Shown here: piece after piece, positions 1 to 9,245 of the stretch | Numbering within the stretch: the first letter of the stretch is position 1 | Layout of the letters: each line of letters opens with the position of its first letter | Virus record (IMG/VR): IMGVR_UViG_3300001199_000004 | Source: a virus | Direction: 5' to 3' (one strand) | DNA length: 64,000 nt | Made by a program: the position numbers and the translations under genes | The notes under the pieces: model-generated | What the model saw: the letters and a program-made list of their open reading frames with translations, nothing else | Database searches by the model: none | What the model was told of the DNA's origin: nothing

Positions 1-435
1 AGCAGATAATAAGGCCCGCCCCACCTTATAAATTTTTTTCTTTTTTCTAAATAATTAATCAATTATTATCTTTGCAACATCCTTTACCTATTAAGGTACA
101 GTTAAATGATTAATCTTTATTTTGTTTGTGGATCTATATCATTAGGTTGTACCTTATAGGCACTGCACCTACTACCTATGGTATTGGTAGCACCACACAA
201 TAGGATGGTGGGCTATCATATGTGAGTCCAATGATATCAGCATACCACTCTCGATTGAATGGGCAATCAACTACAAGGTATCGCATGATGTGTCTCCTTA
301 TTTATGGGCCGCACCTTTTACAAGGCGATACGTTGTCTGCACTAGGCTTTGGGAGGAAAGTCCCAGTATATCAATGGTCTGTCTGGATGAGGGGCGAGTG
401 TCTTCGCTCTGTGGTTATAGACTGCCCGCCCCTCA

Positions 436-603
436 TCAACAGAGTCGGTTATTCCTTAGGAGGTTGCCACCCGTGATTGTGGTGACGATGGCAGCGAGTC
501 CACTGCACAGGCCGATGTTCTGTCCCTTGGTATCCATAACCATAAGGGTTGCGGTTGCTACGAGACAGAGAGCGAACAAGATAGCCAGGACGATTCGGTT
601 CAT
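436..603 (-). CDS. small hydrophobic hypothetical protein (55 aa)
   Basis: Hand translation MNRIVLAILFALCLVATATLMV...; AGGA RBS, downstream of the motif at 630. Confidence 0.55.
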   Translation of the reverse strand: MNRIVLAILFALCLVATATLMVMDTKGQNIGLCSGLAAIVTTITGGNLLRNNRLC

Positions 604-648
604 GTGGTTTCCTTTGGGGTTGATACTATTTAAGGTACAGTTAAATGA

Positions 649-903
649 TTAGCTTGCTGAGAACGGGGATTGATCCGTAACTACATACGACCAACCGTTT
701 TGTGTTGAAACGATCCACTTCGGGCGTGCTGTTTTCAATCCCTTATATCGCTTAGGTTCAGGGACTTCCTTACAGTCCAGCACTTGCCGTCCAGCCTTTG
801 CGATTTCCAGCAGTGTTTGGACTGCTTGTGTAGGAGTCTCGCAATAAACCGTGATTTCGATTTCGGGAGAGTCGGTTCGTGCAACAGAGTATTTGTTGTT
901 CAT
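649..903 (-). CDS. hypothetical protein
   Basis: ATG 7 nt after TACCTT; the track's extension to 1116 runs through the motif (FNCTLK). Confidence 0.7.
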   Translation of the reverse strand: MNNKYSVARTDSPEIEITVYCETPTQAVQTLLEIAKAGRQVLDCKEVPEPKRYKGLKTARPKWIVSTQNGWSYVVTDQSPFSAS

Positions 904-928
904 AACCTTTAAGGTACAGTTAAATGGT

Positions 929-1210
929 TTACCAGGAGTAAGCAACGACCAGGGTTTCAAGTCCCAGGCACTTGTTACCTCGTGCGGTTCGTCCTGCGTG
1001 ATAATGGCGATATGCACGCCGCACCTTGAGTGAACCAACTCGTGCCCGTTCTTCTTGCAGTGTTTTTGCTCTGGCATCGCGTTCTGGTTTAGCACCACTG
1101 AACGGTCCATTGACATTCTTCAATCGCTTGTCGTCCTTTGCGGATTTGGCGAAGGGTGGCCGAGCATAGGTGCGGAAGGCTGCAATCAGGAGTTTTGTGT
1201 TTGGTTTCAT
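929..1210 (-). CDS. basic hypothetical protein
   Basis: ATG 7 nt after TACCTT; fills the space between two motif copies. Confidence 0.7.
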   Translation of the reverse strand: MKPNTKLLIAAFRTYARPPFAKSAKDDKRLKNVNGPFSGAKPERDARAKTLQEERARVGSLKVRRAYRHYHAGRTARGNKCLGLETLVVAYSW

Positions 1211-1226
1211 ACTGTTTAAGGTACAA

Positions 1227-1421
1227 TTAAATGGTTTGTAAGTAGAGAGATCGGTATTTCTTCTCCAGCTTCAGCCGTTCTTGTTTGTGGAATTCTTGTA
1301 TATAACCATTGTGTTGTTTCTGATAGAATTCCTCATATTGCCCATGCCCAATGATTTCGCAGTGCATGGCATGTTGTGCAGAGTCATGGTCAGCCCCGCA
1401 GTTGTCGCATTTATTGCTCAT
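1227..1421 (-). CDS. hypothetical protein with CxxC
   Basis: ATG 7 nt after TACCTT; stop codon lies inside the next motif. Confidence 0.7.
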   Translation of the reverse strand: MSNKCDNCGADHDSAQHAMHCEIIGHGQYEEFYQKQHNGYIQEFHKQERLKLEKKYRSLYLQTI

Positions 1422-1457
1422 ATCATTTAAGGTACAGTTAAATGGTTGGCTTGGGGT

Positions 1458-1673
1458 TTATGTTGATAATTCGTAGGTTCGTGTGATGCCGCGACGGCGG
1501 AGTTCTTGGCTGGCGTAGCAGATTTCGTCGGCGTAGTATCCGTTATTGAGGTTGTCGGGGTTGTTGGCCACGGCTTCTCGGGCGTCTTGGATGATAAACA
1601 GCAGGGCGTCAACGTCGAGTCCCTTGAGCCGTTTTTGGTACTTACCGTGGTCCATGACTTTGTCGCCTTGCAT
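1458..1673 (-). CDS. hypothetical phage protein
   Basis: GGAG RBS; between motif copies. Confidence 0.7.
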   Translation of the reverse strand: MQGDKVMDHGKYQKRLKGLDVDALLFIIQDAREAVANNPDNLNNGYYADEICYASQELRRRGITRTYELST

Positions 1674-1731
1674 TGTCGTGTCTCCGAGTGGGGTTCGTGG
1701 TCTGATACCCTATAAGGTACAATGAAATGGA

Positions 1732-1980
1732 TTACTTGGGTTTAATTACCTTGATGACTTCGTGATGTGGGAAGATGTGTTTGGTCATCAACGGCATGAA
1801 TTCAAAGTTATCGTCCCGTTCTTCATTCTCACCATGCGGGTCGAAAGTAACAACCATATTAATTCCTTCGTTCTCAGCCTCGACAGTGGCGAGTTTGGTT
1901 GCTTCATTGAGTCTCATGATTGTCTCCTTCTGGGGGTTGCCCCGTTGCTCACAGACCATTACAGTAATGGCCCCCAGCAT
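1732..1980 (-). CDS. hypothetical protein (start may be 1917)
   Basis: Between motif copies; AGGAG before ATG 1917. Confidence 0.65.
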   Translation of the reverse strand: MLGAITVMVCEQRGNPQKETIMRLNEATKLATVEAENEGINMVVTFDPHGENEERDDNFEFMPLMTKHIFPHHEVIKVIKPK

Positions 1981-2006
1981 GTATCAATTAAGGTACAGTT
2001 AAATGA

Positions 2007-2213
2007 CTAGCAATCTAATGGCCGACTATCTGTGAAGCCGATGACTTCCGTGTTGGTGATTTGGACTGGTGTTCCATTGACATGACCATCGAATTTGACG
2101 CTATAATCAAGTTCGCTGGACACTTGGTCGGCAATGTCAGCTTCATCGTGATTTGGATCTTCGATTTCGTAATCAACAGCGACAACCAGATAGCGACGGT
2201 AGATGGTTTTCAT
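2007..2213 (-). CDS. acidic hypothetical protein
   Basis: ATG 8 nt after TACCTT. Confidence 0.7.
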   Translation of the reverse strand: MKTIYRRYLVVAVDYEIEDPNHDEADIADQVSSELDYSVKFDGHVNGTPVQITNTEVIGFTDSRPLDC

Positions 2214-2264
2214 ATTGTTTTAAGGTACAATTAAATGGTTATTGATCTGGTTTAATGTTTAAAA

Positions 2265-2297
2265 CAAAAAACCCCTAGCTTATTAGGCCAGGGGTTC
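2265..2297 (-). terminator. intrinsic terminator
   Basis: AACCCCT/AGGGGTT stem with plus-strand A-run (U-tract on minus), downstream of 2313-2786. Confidence 0.7.
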
Positions 2298-2312
2298 CCT
2301 ATATTTCCCATC

Positions 2313-2786
2313 TTATACCTTGACGGGTTCGACTTCTTTGATGGTGACGGAAACGGTGGTTTTCCCCTTGCGTGTTTTTGGGGGGAGATTATTGGTAACG
2401 TCTTTGACGTGTTCCATTGCTTTTTCCACGTCTTTGAGTCGTGTGGCGATGGCGAGTTCGGCAGGGGTGAGCGTTGTCGTTTCTTTGAGCAATTCTTCTT
2501 CTTTGTCGCTCAGGCTCAGAGCTTCGGTCATAGCTTCGAGCAGGATTTTCTTGGCATTTTCCCGTTGGAATCCAGCTTTTTCCAGCACAAGAGCCAAGGC
2601 CAATTTGAGGGGAATATCAGCAGTCGGCGTGTATTGTTCGTCGTCCGCTTTGGATACGGTGCCGGCGATTGAAATAGTAATCGTTTCGGCGAGGTTGTGC
2701 TTTCCTTGCACAAGTGCGGTTTTTTCGGCCAACTTCTTGAAGTAATTGGCGGTCGCGTGAATCATAGCGGCGGAGAACATGGTCAT
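2313..2786 (-). CDS. hypothetical protein, helical Lys/Glu/Ala-rich
   Basis: 157 aa, AAGGA RBS, followed by terminator. Confidence 0.8.
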   Translation of the reverse strand: MTMFSAAMIHATANYFKKLAEKTALVQGKHNLAETITISIAGTVSKADDEQYTPTADIPLKLALALVLEKAGFQRENAKKILLEAMTEALSLSDKEEELLKETTTLTPAELAIATRLKDVEKAMEHVKDVTNNLPPKTRKGKTTVSVTIKEVEPVKV

Positions 2787-2847
2787 TTTCCTTATTGAGG
2801 TTGTTCGGATACCTATTAAGGTACAGTTAAATGATTTTGTTTAGATT

Positions 2848-3012
2848 TTAGTGCCAGTAATTAACTACTAGGTCAGCCCAGGTCATATTGTGGGATTGAT
2901 AATAGTCGGCGACCGCTTTGGCGGCTTGTTCTTGGGACTGATAGATGATTCTAATATCGGCTGCAATCACCATGAGTTCCAGCGGCATCAGTTTCAGCAG
3001 TTTAATTAACAT
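2848..3012 (-). CDS. hypothetical protein, paralog of 25282-25473
   Basis: Hand translation ...IYQSQEQAAKAVADYY...WADLV; ATG 7 nt after TACCTT. Confidence 0.7.
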   Translation of the reverse strand: MLIKLLKLMPLELMVIAADIRIIYQSQEQAAKAVADYYQSHNMTWADLVVNYWH

Positions 3013-3106
3013 ATCATTTAAGGTACAATCAAATGATAAAACAGCTCCAGTTTTTAACCGGCTTCCATATAGGTTTAACCTTAGTAACCTTTAAAGTATA
3101 ATAGTC

Positions 3107-3241
3107 ATAAGTCCTTGCGTAATATAAACTTATGACTTGTGGCACTTAAGTTTTATAAGTTCACTTAGTAGTTAGTTATAATTTTAGTTCTATACATGCG
3201 AAATACGCATGAATGTAAGTCCTTATCTATCATAGACTTAC
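3107..3241. repeat. two TAAGTC-N13-(G/A)ACTTA dyad sites
   Basis: 3107-3133 ATAAGTC-N13-AACTTAT; 3215-3241 GTAAGTC-N13-GACTTAC. Confidence 0.7.
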
Positions 3242-3319
3242 ATTAACCGATTTAAGCGTCGGTTTAAACCGATTGATCAGTCGGTTAATGTTTAAATGAT
3301 CTGGTCTTTAAATATGTAT

Positions 3320-3339
3320 CATTTGATTGTACCGTAAAA
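3320..3339 (+). promoter_or_regulatory. inverted variant of the promoter-like motif (TACCGT)
   Basis: CATTTGATTGTACCGTAAAA; same variant at 11691-11710. Confidence 0.6.
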
Positions 3340-3411
3340 GAGCATATAATAAAACCCCGTGATGTGTTTCACGGGGCTCTATTGCAATAACAGCCGCTAT
3401 TGCAGTCTAGT

Positions 3412-3603
3412 TTATGCCGAGCGTCTTAGCTCAAGGCTTTTGTATTCACAGAAGTCTACTTGTCCGTTATCGAATTGGACTTGGTAGGGTTCTTGCCTGT
3501 CTTTGTTGATGGGGCATTTGGGCAGGTTATATGCGATGATGGTGCCCAGTCCGAAGATGGCGTGAAAGATGCGGCTTTCGAGCAGAATGAGATGGGGCAG
3601 CAT
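3412..3603 (-). CDS. hypothetical protein
   Basis: AAAGGAG RBS; CCCCGTGA/TCACGGGG hairpin downstream. Confidence 0.65.
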   Translation of the reverse strand: MLPHLILLESRIFHAIFGLGTIIAYNLPKCPINKDRQEPYQVQFDNGQVDFCEYKSLELRRSA

Positions 3604-3649
3604 TCGATTCTCCTTTAGTGATAACCGTCTGATACCTGTTAAGGTACAA

Positions 3650-3931
3650 TTAAATGGTTTTCTTTATGATTTGCCAGCCCCAGGTAATCTTATGCACCAA
3701 TTCAAAACCTTCTGCGATGATGGGTAGGGGTCGATGGACGCCTTGATACCATTCATCATTGATGACGGTGCCGCCATTGTATCTTTGACTGGCGTATCTT
3801 TCACCGCCAATAAATCCAAGAAAAGGATATGGAGTGCCTAGTCCGTCAGTCGCTCGATGTTTTGCAGCTTTCTCGCACTTTTTAGCATCCCAGGTTTCTT
3901 GCGGGTAGGTGTACCAGTTGTCGTTTTTCAT
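3650..3931 (-). CDS. hypothetical protein
   Basis: ATG 7 nt after TACCTT; stop inside next motif. Confidence 0.75.
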   Translation of the reverse strand: MKNDNWYTYPQETWDAKKCEKAAKHRATDGLGTPYPFLGFIGGERYASQRYNGGTVINDEWYQGVHRPLPIIAEGFELVHKITWGWQIIKKTI

Positions 3932-4209
3932 AACAATTAAGGTACAATTAAATGGTTACTTGCTCTTTTTGTTAATTAGGTGTTGGATGATATTGGTCAA
4001 CATAAATCTCCTTTCCTATCCGAAGATAGTATATGGTTTTTCCCCATCCATCATTTTGTCGATTTCTTTACGATATTTGATGATATAATTGGAGATGGTC
4101 ATTCCCGAGTGGTAAACAATGTCTTTGATATTGCTTGGGGAAGGCGTTTGGAGCCACACTAATCGTTGTTGGTCGGTTCTTTTCATACTCTTTAAGGTAC
4201 AGTTAAATG

Positions 4210-4240
4210 AAAAGAACTAGCCTTTTGAGGGGCTAGTTCT
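4210..4240 (-). terminator. intrinsic terminator
   Basis: AGAACTAGCC/GGCTAGTTCT stem plus A-run. Confidence 0.75.
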
Positions 4241-4247
4241 AAGAGAG

Positions 4248-4505
4248 TTAGGCGGCCTGCTTTTTGGGTGCCTTCTTGGGCTTCGGCTGCTTTTGATTGA
4301 ACTTGTGCAGAATTTTTCGCATTTGTTCATGTTCGACCAGGATATGCCTGAGGACGCCTTCCATTCGTCCAGTGTTCATCGAGGTTCGGAGTAGGTCGCC
4401 GAGTTCCTTGAGGGTTTCGGTTTGCGTCTCATGGGCCTTGGCTTCGGCTTCGGTCAGGAATTCTTGATTGTCACTGGTACGAAACTTGATAACACGGCTA
4501 ATCAT
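4248..4505 (-). CDS. hypothetical protein with basic tail
   Basis: AAGGAG RBS; terminator downstream. Confidence 0.75.
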   Translation of the reverse strand: MISRVIKFRTSDNQEFLTEAEAKAHETQTETLKELGDLLRTSMNTGRMEGVLRHILVEHEQMRKILHKFNQKQPKPKKAPKKQAA

Positions 4506-4754
4506 CTGGCCTTCTCCTTGGGTTGATTCAAGCGGTTATATCGTTTAAGGTACAGTTAAATGGTTTTAGAACGATCTTTTTGTCGTCTACGGGCATTGAT
4601 TGTTAGTTTTAGACTCATGATCGCCAATTCAGGCGTCGGCCCTTGACCGTGGCAATTATCGAATTCACCGCCCAACAGGGTAGCGATATATCGTTGACTC
4701 CAAAGGCAATAGTGCATGTGAGTTTTCATATCATATAAGGTACAATGAAATGAA

Positions 4755-4970
4755 TTAGGGCACTATTAGGCTTGGATCTGCAGCTTTTCGTTCGTAGAGG
4801 TTATCGAATAGTTTGGCTTGTTTCAGGCAATGTTTTGCATATTTCTTTTTGGCTATTGTATTGAGATACATCTTAGCACAGGTTTCCCGTGCTTGTTTTC
4901 GCCAATAGTGGGCGGATCGCAGTAGGTCATTCAGTGACATATTGTATGCTGGCAACATAAGGTTCTCCAT
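4755..4970 (-). CDS. basic hypothetical protein ending -LIVP
   Basis: ORF track; ends next to the motif at 4735. Confidence 0.6.
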   Translation of the reverse strand: MENLMLPAYNMSLNDLLRSAHYWRKQARETCAKMYLNTIAKKKYAKHCLKQAKLFDNLYERKAADPSLIVP

Positions 4971-4977
4971 TTAAAAC

Positions 4978-5008
4978 AAAAACACGGGGACAGCTATCCC
5001 CGTGTTTC
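4978..5008 (-). terminator. intrinsic terminator
   Basis: AAACACGGGGA/TCCCCGTGTTT stem. Confidence 0.75.
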
Positions 5009-5293
5009 CATTCTGTTTTGATTTGCAACTCAATTCAGAGTCAGTCCATATTAATCTACATTTAATTTCGCATGGTTCTATGCTTAGTTGGCACTATATA
5101 TCTGTTTAATATTATTTGATATAATATTGTGATATACTTATTGTGCCCCATTGTCTCCTTTTTGACACGCTACTGACAAGAATTTAACTCGCCATTGAAC
5201 CACACTTCTAGTCATTATACTCAATAAGGTACAATCAAATGGTTTTAGGACAAATTCTTTTGTTTGATCACAAAAAGGTTTGTGTTGGTCAAT

Positions 5294-5324
5294 AAAAAAA
5301 CCCTTGGTGGTTAGCCAAGGGTTT
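5294..5324 (-). terminator. intrinsic terminator
   Basis: AAACCCTTGG/CCAAGGGTTT stem with A-run. Confidence 0.75.
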
Positions 5325-5340
5325 AAGGGTTGTATATTAC

Positions 5341-5625
5341 CTATTCTTCGTCTTCTTCCTCTTTTTCGGGAAGGTAGGATTCGATGTTATCCTTCCAGAT
5401 TTCTTCGTGTTCTTCGATAAACTCCACGATAGCTTCGACAGCCCCAGGATTATCTTCGAGGAATTCGATTAAATAGCCATAGGACGCATTGGAATCAAAT
5501 TTCCCAAAATGTAGTTGGTCTTTGTATCCCAGGTAGCCCACGAGCTTACAGAGGTTTTTGACGCCTGTTGAGCTTTCCCAGGTGCGAAGTTTCTTTTCTT
5601 CGATGAGTTCTTGAGTGAGGCTCAT
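5341..5625 (-). CDS. acidic hypothetical phage protein
   Basis: Motif then AAAGGA RBS. Confidence 0.8.
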   Translation of the reverse strand: MSLTQELIEEKKLRTWESSTGVKNLCKLVGYLGYKDQLHFGKFDSNASYGYLIEFLEDNPGAVEAIVEFIEEHEEIWKDNIESYLPEKEEEDEE

Positions 5626-5652
5626 AATATCCTTTAAGGTACAATGAAATGG

Positions 5653-6006
5653 TTAATTAGCAGCCATTCGTTCGGCAAATGCCAAACATATTTCGTCGGC
5701 GATGGTCCCACGTTCTGCCAGGAACTTATGTAGGACTTCCAGAGAGTGGTAGGTTGTCTTGCCTTGTGCCTTATTCGGCCAATGGTAGGTAAACAGGTTG
5801 AATCCATTACGGCAGGAATAGGTGATTTTGTGGATTAGGTTCTCATCTTTATGTTTGAAGAGAACTTTGAGGCACAAGAACTTGAGACGAATAAACCGTT
5901 CGTCCCCAGTTTTTTTATCTTTTGCTGGAAAGTAGCAAAGTTTTCGGCAAAGGACTTCGACTGACTCTTTGCCACGACGTTCGGTTTGGGGGGTGATTGT
6001 CCACAT
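5653..6006 (-). CDS. hypothetical protein
   Basis: ATG 7 nt after TACCTT. Confidence 0.75.
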   Translation of the reverse strand: MWTITPQTERRGKESVEVLCRKLCYFPAKDKKTGDERFIRLKFLCLKVLFKHKDENLIHKITYSCRNGFNLFTYHWPNKAQGKTTYHSLEVLHKFLAERGTIADEICLAFAERMAAN

Positions 6007-6011
6007 ACTCT

Positions 6012-6296
6012 TTAAGGTACAATGGAATGGATTCGGTCGGCCCGTTTGATCAAACTCATGATCTTTGCTTTTTCCTTTTTCGATCTTTCAGATAGGGCAG
6101 ACCACATCGGGAATAGCTCATAAGAGATACGGTAACTGATTTCTTTGAGCTTATAGCCGTAATCATTTGCCAGCCACAGGGGCGTGATGAACGTCAGCAG
6201 ATCAACTACCTTGTCGTATTCTTTTTCATTCAAGAGTGAGATCAGGTTGTCTTTTTGTTCTACCAGCAGGTCGATTTGATTGTGTGTGGTGTTCAT
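6012..6296 (-). CDS. hypothetical protein
   Basis: ATG 7 nt after TACCTT; C-terminal HSIVP* encoded by the next motif. Confidence 0.75.
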   Translation of the reverse strand: MNTTHNQIDLLVEQKDNLISLLNEKEYDKVVDLLTFITPLWLANDYGYKLKEISYRISYELFPMWSALSERSKKEKAKIMSLIKRADRIHSIVP

Positions 6297-6320
6297 ACCC
6301 TATAAGGTACAATGAAATGA

Positions 6321-6530
6321 TTAAGGAACGATCAGGATGTGGCCTGCTTTGATTCGTTGGGTCATAGTTCGCATAATATGCGTAGGTGTTTCATCTGGCA
6401 TGGAGCAATTGTTATTGCGGAGCCACCTTTTAAGGGCTACACGGCGTCTTGCTTCGGCTACACGGGCACGGTCCCTTGGCTCTACAATTTGGGACAATGG
6501 CACTCGGTCAGCTATCTTCGTCATCGTCAT
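6321..6530 (-). CDS. Arg-rich hypothetical protein ending -LIVP
   Basis: Overlaps the upstream gene end; GAGGA RBS. Confidence 0.65.
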   Translation of the reverse strand: MTMTKIADRVPLSQIVEPRDRARVAEARRRVALKRWLRNNNCSMPDETPTHIMRTMTQRIKAGHILIVP

Positions 6531-6684
6531 CCTCTTTAAAGACGCCTGTTGCGAACATTTGGCTATGGCTGCAATGGTCCGCTATGAAATTCTCTAAATC
6601 ATAGGGGCTTTCAATTTTGATTCCTTGCTCACGAAGCCACAGAACAAGGTTCTTGACAACTTCTTTTGCTTTTGGTTTGGGCAT
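6508..6684 (-). CDS. hypothetical protein
   Basis: ATG 7 nt after TACCTT (start moved from track). Confidence 0.65.
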   Translation of the reverse strand: MPKPKAKEVVKNLVLWLREQGIKIESPYDLENFIADHCSHSQMFATGVFKEDDDDEDS

Positions 6685-6700
6685 AGCTTTTAAGGTACAA

Positions 6701-6961
6701 TTAAATGATAATTTCTTCAATGCCCCAGGGAGTAGCATCCCCATTGAAATCTACCACAACCACTTCGAGTCCAAAGGGCTTCAGCTTTTTGTCCAGCTTC
6801 TTGAGAAATTCGCCGTTGCTATCACTGTCGGCGGCGTTCATGGTCTTCCAGTCCCAAACAAACAGTTTGTCGGAATCGACTAAGGATTTATAGGTGTCGT
6901 TCCCATCTTTCATATCCTTGCCGTACTTCTCTTCACCTTCAGCTTCTTTTATTTTTCGCAT
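6701..6961 (-). CDS. hypothetical protein
   Basis: AAGGA RBS after a variant motif (TACTTT) near 6975. Confidence 0.7.
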   Translation of the reverse strand: MRKIKEAEGEEKYGKDMKDGNDTYKSLVDSDKLFVWDWKTMNAADSDSNGEFLKKLDKKLKPFGLEVVVVDFNGDATPWGIEEIII

Positions 6962-7138
6962 GATATCCTTTATTTAAAGTACAGTTGAATAAGTGATTGG
7001 TGTTGGAATTGAACCAACTATTTCCCTTACTAGGGGTTATCTTGTTAAACTTGCGTTGCAACGTATTTTTAATGCGTTGACTAAACCCATTAATAGTACC
7101 AATCGAGTTGACATATCCTTTAAGGTACAATGGAATGA

Positions 7139-7450
7139 TTAACCAGCGTTTACGATTAGCCCTGGAACCACTTCTTCGTTCTTCTTATAGTTGCCGATGG
7201 CCTTGAGTTCATCAATGATGGCGTCGCTCACATCGACCATTGTCGCCCCACGAATTGACATCAAGTCGATAAAGTAACAACGGCCAGCAGCAGACAGAAT
7301 AGCCCTTTTGGCATTCAAATTAATTCTGGCAATTCGCTTGTCACTTTGAATGGTAACAATGTGAGCTTCTTGGTTGGAAACGGGGCAAATAACCCAATCA
7401 ACAACCTTTTTCATCGTGCCCAGCTTACATTGAATGTTTTTGAATCCCAT
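7139..7450 (-). CDS. hypothetical protein
   Basis: AAAGGA RBS after motif. Confidence 0.7.
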   Translation of the reverse strand: MGFKNIQCKLGTMKKVVDWVICPVSNQEAHIVTIQSDKRIARINLNAKRAILSAAGRCYFIDLMSIRGATMVDVSDAIIDELKAIGNYKKNEEVVPGLIVNAG

Positions 7451-7472
7451 TTTTATATCCTTTTGATACCAA

Positions 7473-7715
7473 TTAAGGTACAATCAATTCGACAAAAACT
7501 TGCAAGTCAAAAACTAGGGCACGAGCCCAATCATTCAAATCATCCCATGTTACATCATCGTAACCATAACCTTCACCACAACGTCCTAAAACGTCCCCTG
7601 CTTCGTTTTTAACCGATAATACTTTACACCCATCATTTTCTTCAACGATGATAATGAAGTGATTGACAGATGGGTTTTTGCGACGAATTTCTTTAGCAAA
7701 TCGTTGAGTATTCAT
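7473..7715 (-). CDS. hypothetical protein
   Basis: Between motifs; ends ELIVP* in motif. Confidence 0.7.
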   Translation of the reverse strand: MNTQRFAKEIRRKNPSVNHFIIIVEENDGCKVLSVKNEAGDVLGRCGEGYGYDDVTWDDLNDWARALVFDLQVFVELIVP

Positions 7716-7723
7716 AATGCCCT

Positions 7724-8182
7724 CTAAGGTACAATCAATTCGTTTGCAATCACATCCAGGTCAGCATACTTGGCGACAATATGTTCCTTAATTTTTGGTC
7801 CAAACACCACTTTCATGGACCGCCATTCGCCCTTTTTGTCAGTTTTGAGGCGGAACAGGGTATTTTTCTTGCAATGTCGAGCGAGTCGTTTCTTTTCGTC
7901 AAAGTCCAGAACTAGCTCATCAACATACCCATCCATATCCATTGGAAAAGATTCAGTTTTAATTAAACCGGTGCGAATTTCAATGGGCGGCTGACTTTCA
8001 GCGTGCCGTTTGAAGGCATCTTGTAGGTCATGGTTCACCCAATAGAACAAATGGCATCCACCATGTCCCCGATTGGATACATCAGCGGCACGTTTGCCGT
8101 CAATGTATAGAACAGCGGAAAAACACATAGTTTCTTCGCTCATATCTTCATGGATTTTAACTGCTTTGACTTCGCACTTCAT
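7724..8182 (-). CDS. conserved-looking phage hypothetical protein
   Basis: 152 aa; SEETxCFxAxLYIDGK...SNRGHGG signature; ends in motif. Confidence 0.8.
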   Translation of the reverse strand: MKCEVKAVKIHEDMSEETMCFSAVLYIDGKRAADVSNRGHGGCHLFYWVNHDLQDAFKRHAESQPPIEIRTGLIKTESFPMDMDGYVDELVLDFDEKKRLARHCKKNTLFRLKTDKKGEWRSMKVVFGPKIKEHIVAKYADLDVIANELIVP

Positions 8183-8244
8183 GCAAATTTATCCAGGTTC
8201 CAAACTAGGTTAAACATAATACTCTCTAAGGTACAATCAAATGA

Positions 8245-8487
8245 CTAATTGGCGTGGTCTTCATGCTCGCCATATAAACCATGTTTTTCATCTCGGCGAG
8301 CTTCTTCTTCTTCAAAGTCTTCTTCTTCAATATCGTGGTCATCAACCACAAGCTCAAAATCAACTGGTTGGCCCGTATCTTGGTCCATCAAGTAGACCTC
8401 TGTAACAACTCCCCCTTCAACTTCTACCGTGACTTGCAGACGCATTTGATTTTTCCTTAAAGTAGAGCTTTGATAGTTAGACTCCAC
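8245..8487 (-). CDS. acidic hypothetical protein (start probably 8445)
   Basis: AAGGA before ATG 8445. Confidence 0.65.
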   Translation of the reverse strand: MESNYQSSTLRKNQMRLQVTVEVEGGVVTEVYLMDQDTGQPVDFELVVDDHDIEEEDFEEEEARRDEKHGLYGEHEDHAN

Positions 8488-8548
8488 AACAACCCCAACC
8501 GCGAGAAATAGTAGTATTCATTTGGTTCCCATACCAATTAAGGTACAA

Positions 8549-8959
8549 TTAATTGACTAGTTGCTTGCGGCGAATGGCACTGGCTCGTCGCTTCTGCAAT
8601 TCTTTTCGTAAAACACGAAGAACCATAGGCGGGGTTAGTTTAGTTGCGGCCAGTCCACCATATTCGGCCTCATATCCAGCACCCTTTACAATCGAAGCGG
8701 GGTTTTGCATGTCCCAACCCACAATAATTGTCTTAATCGCCTGTTCAAATGTCGGCGACGCAAACGGATGATATCGCAGCCAATACTTGTGACTCGGACG
8801 GTCAATCACCGAGCCTCCCGACAACCAATGCACCAAACAACCAGCACCCTTGCCGTCGATGAAACGACCCGTAAGCACACGGTCAGCTTTCAACGCACGA
8901 AACAATCCAAGCAACGCCGACGACGAGAGACAAGAAAGAACAAACAACAAAGCCTGCAT
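8549..8959 (-). CDS. hypothetical protein with N-terminal hydrophobic segment
   Basis: GGAG RBS; between motifs. Confidence 0.7.
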   Translation of the reverse strand: MQALLFVLSCLSSSALLGLFRALKADRVLTGRFIDGKGAGCLVHWLSGGSVIDRPSHKYWLRYHPFASPTFEQAIKTIIVGWDMQNPASIVKGAGYEAEYGGLAATKLTPPMVLRVLRKELQKRRASAIRRKQLVN

Positions 8960-9011
8960 GAGATTTCTCCAAATTAAAGTTAAACGTCTTACCTGTTAAG
9001 GTACAGTTAAA

Positions 9012-9221
9012 TCATAATTGAATCAAATGGGCAAAAATGCCTTTTTTCCATTCTTGCGAGTTAGTAGGGTTTTTACCCAACAAATAATTAGCTAAAGCTT
9101 CTTCCCATCCATTATCCCCTACTTCAATTTGAATGGTAGGAGAAGGTTCGACCCACAAATTGTTAGGGCCTTTATGTTTCCAGGCCGTATCATTAGTGAG
9201 TTTGTATATTTTGTATCCCAT
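9012..9221 (-). CDS. hypothetical protein
   Basis: ATG 7 nt after TACCTT. Confidence 0.65.
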   Translation of the reverse strand: MGYKIYKLTNDTAWKHKGPNNLWVEPSPTIQIEVGDNGWEEALANYLLGKNPTNSQEWKKGIFAHLIQL

Positions 9222-9245
9222 ATCTTTTAAGGTACAATTAATTGA

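Noticed and set aside
904-1116. N-terminal extensions in the ORF track containing FNCTL or starting MYLK/MYLI (649-1116, 10613-11074, 20258-20686, 36732-37010 etc.)
   Set aside because: Artefacts of reading through, or starting at the TTG in, the motif; another ORF occupies the upstream unit.
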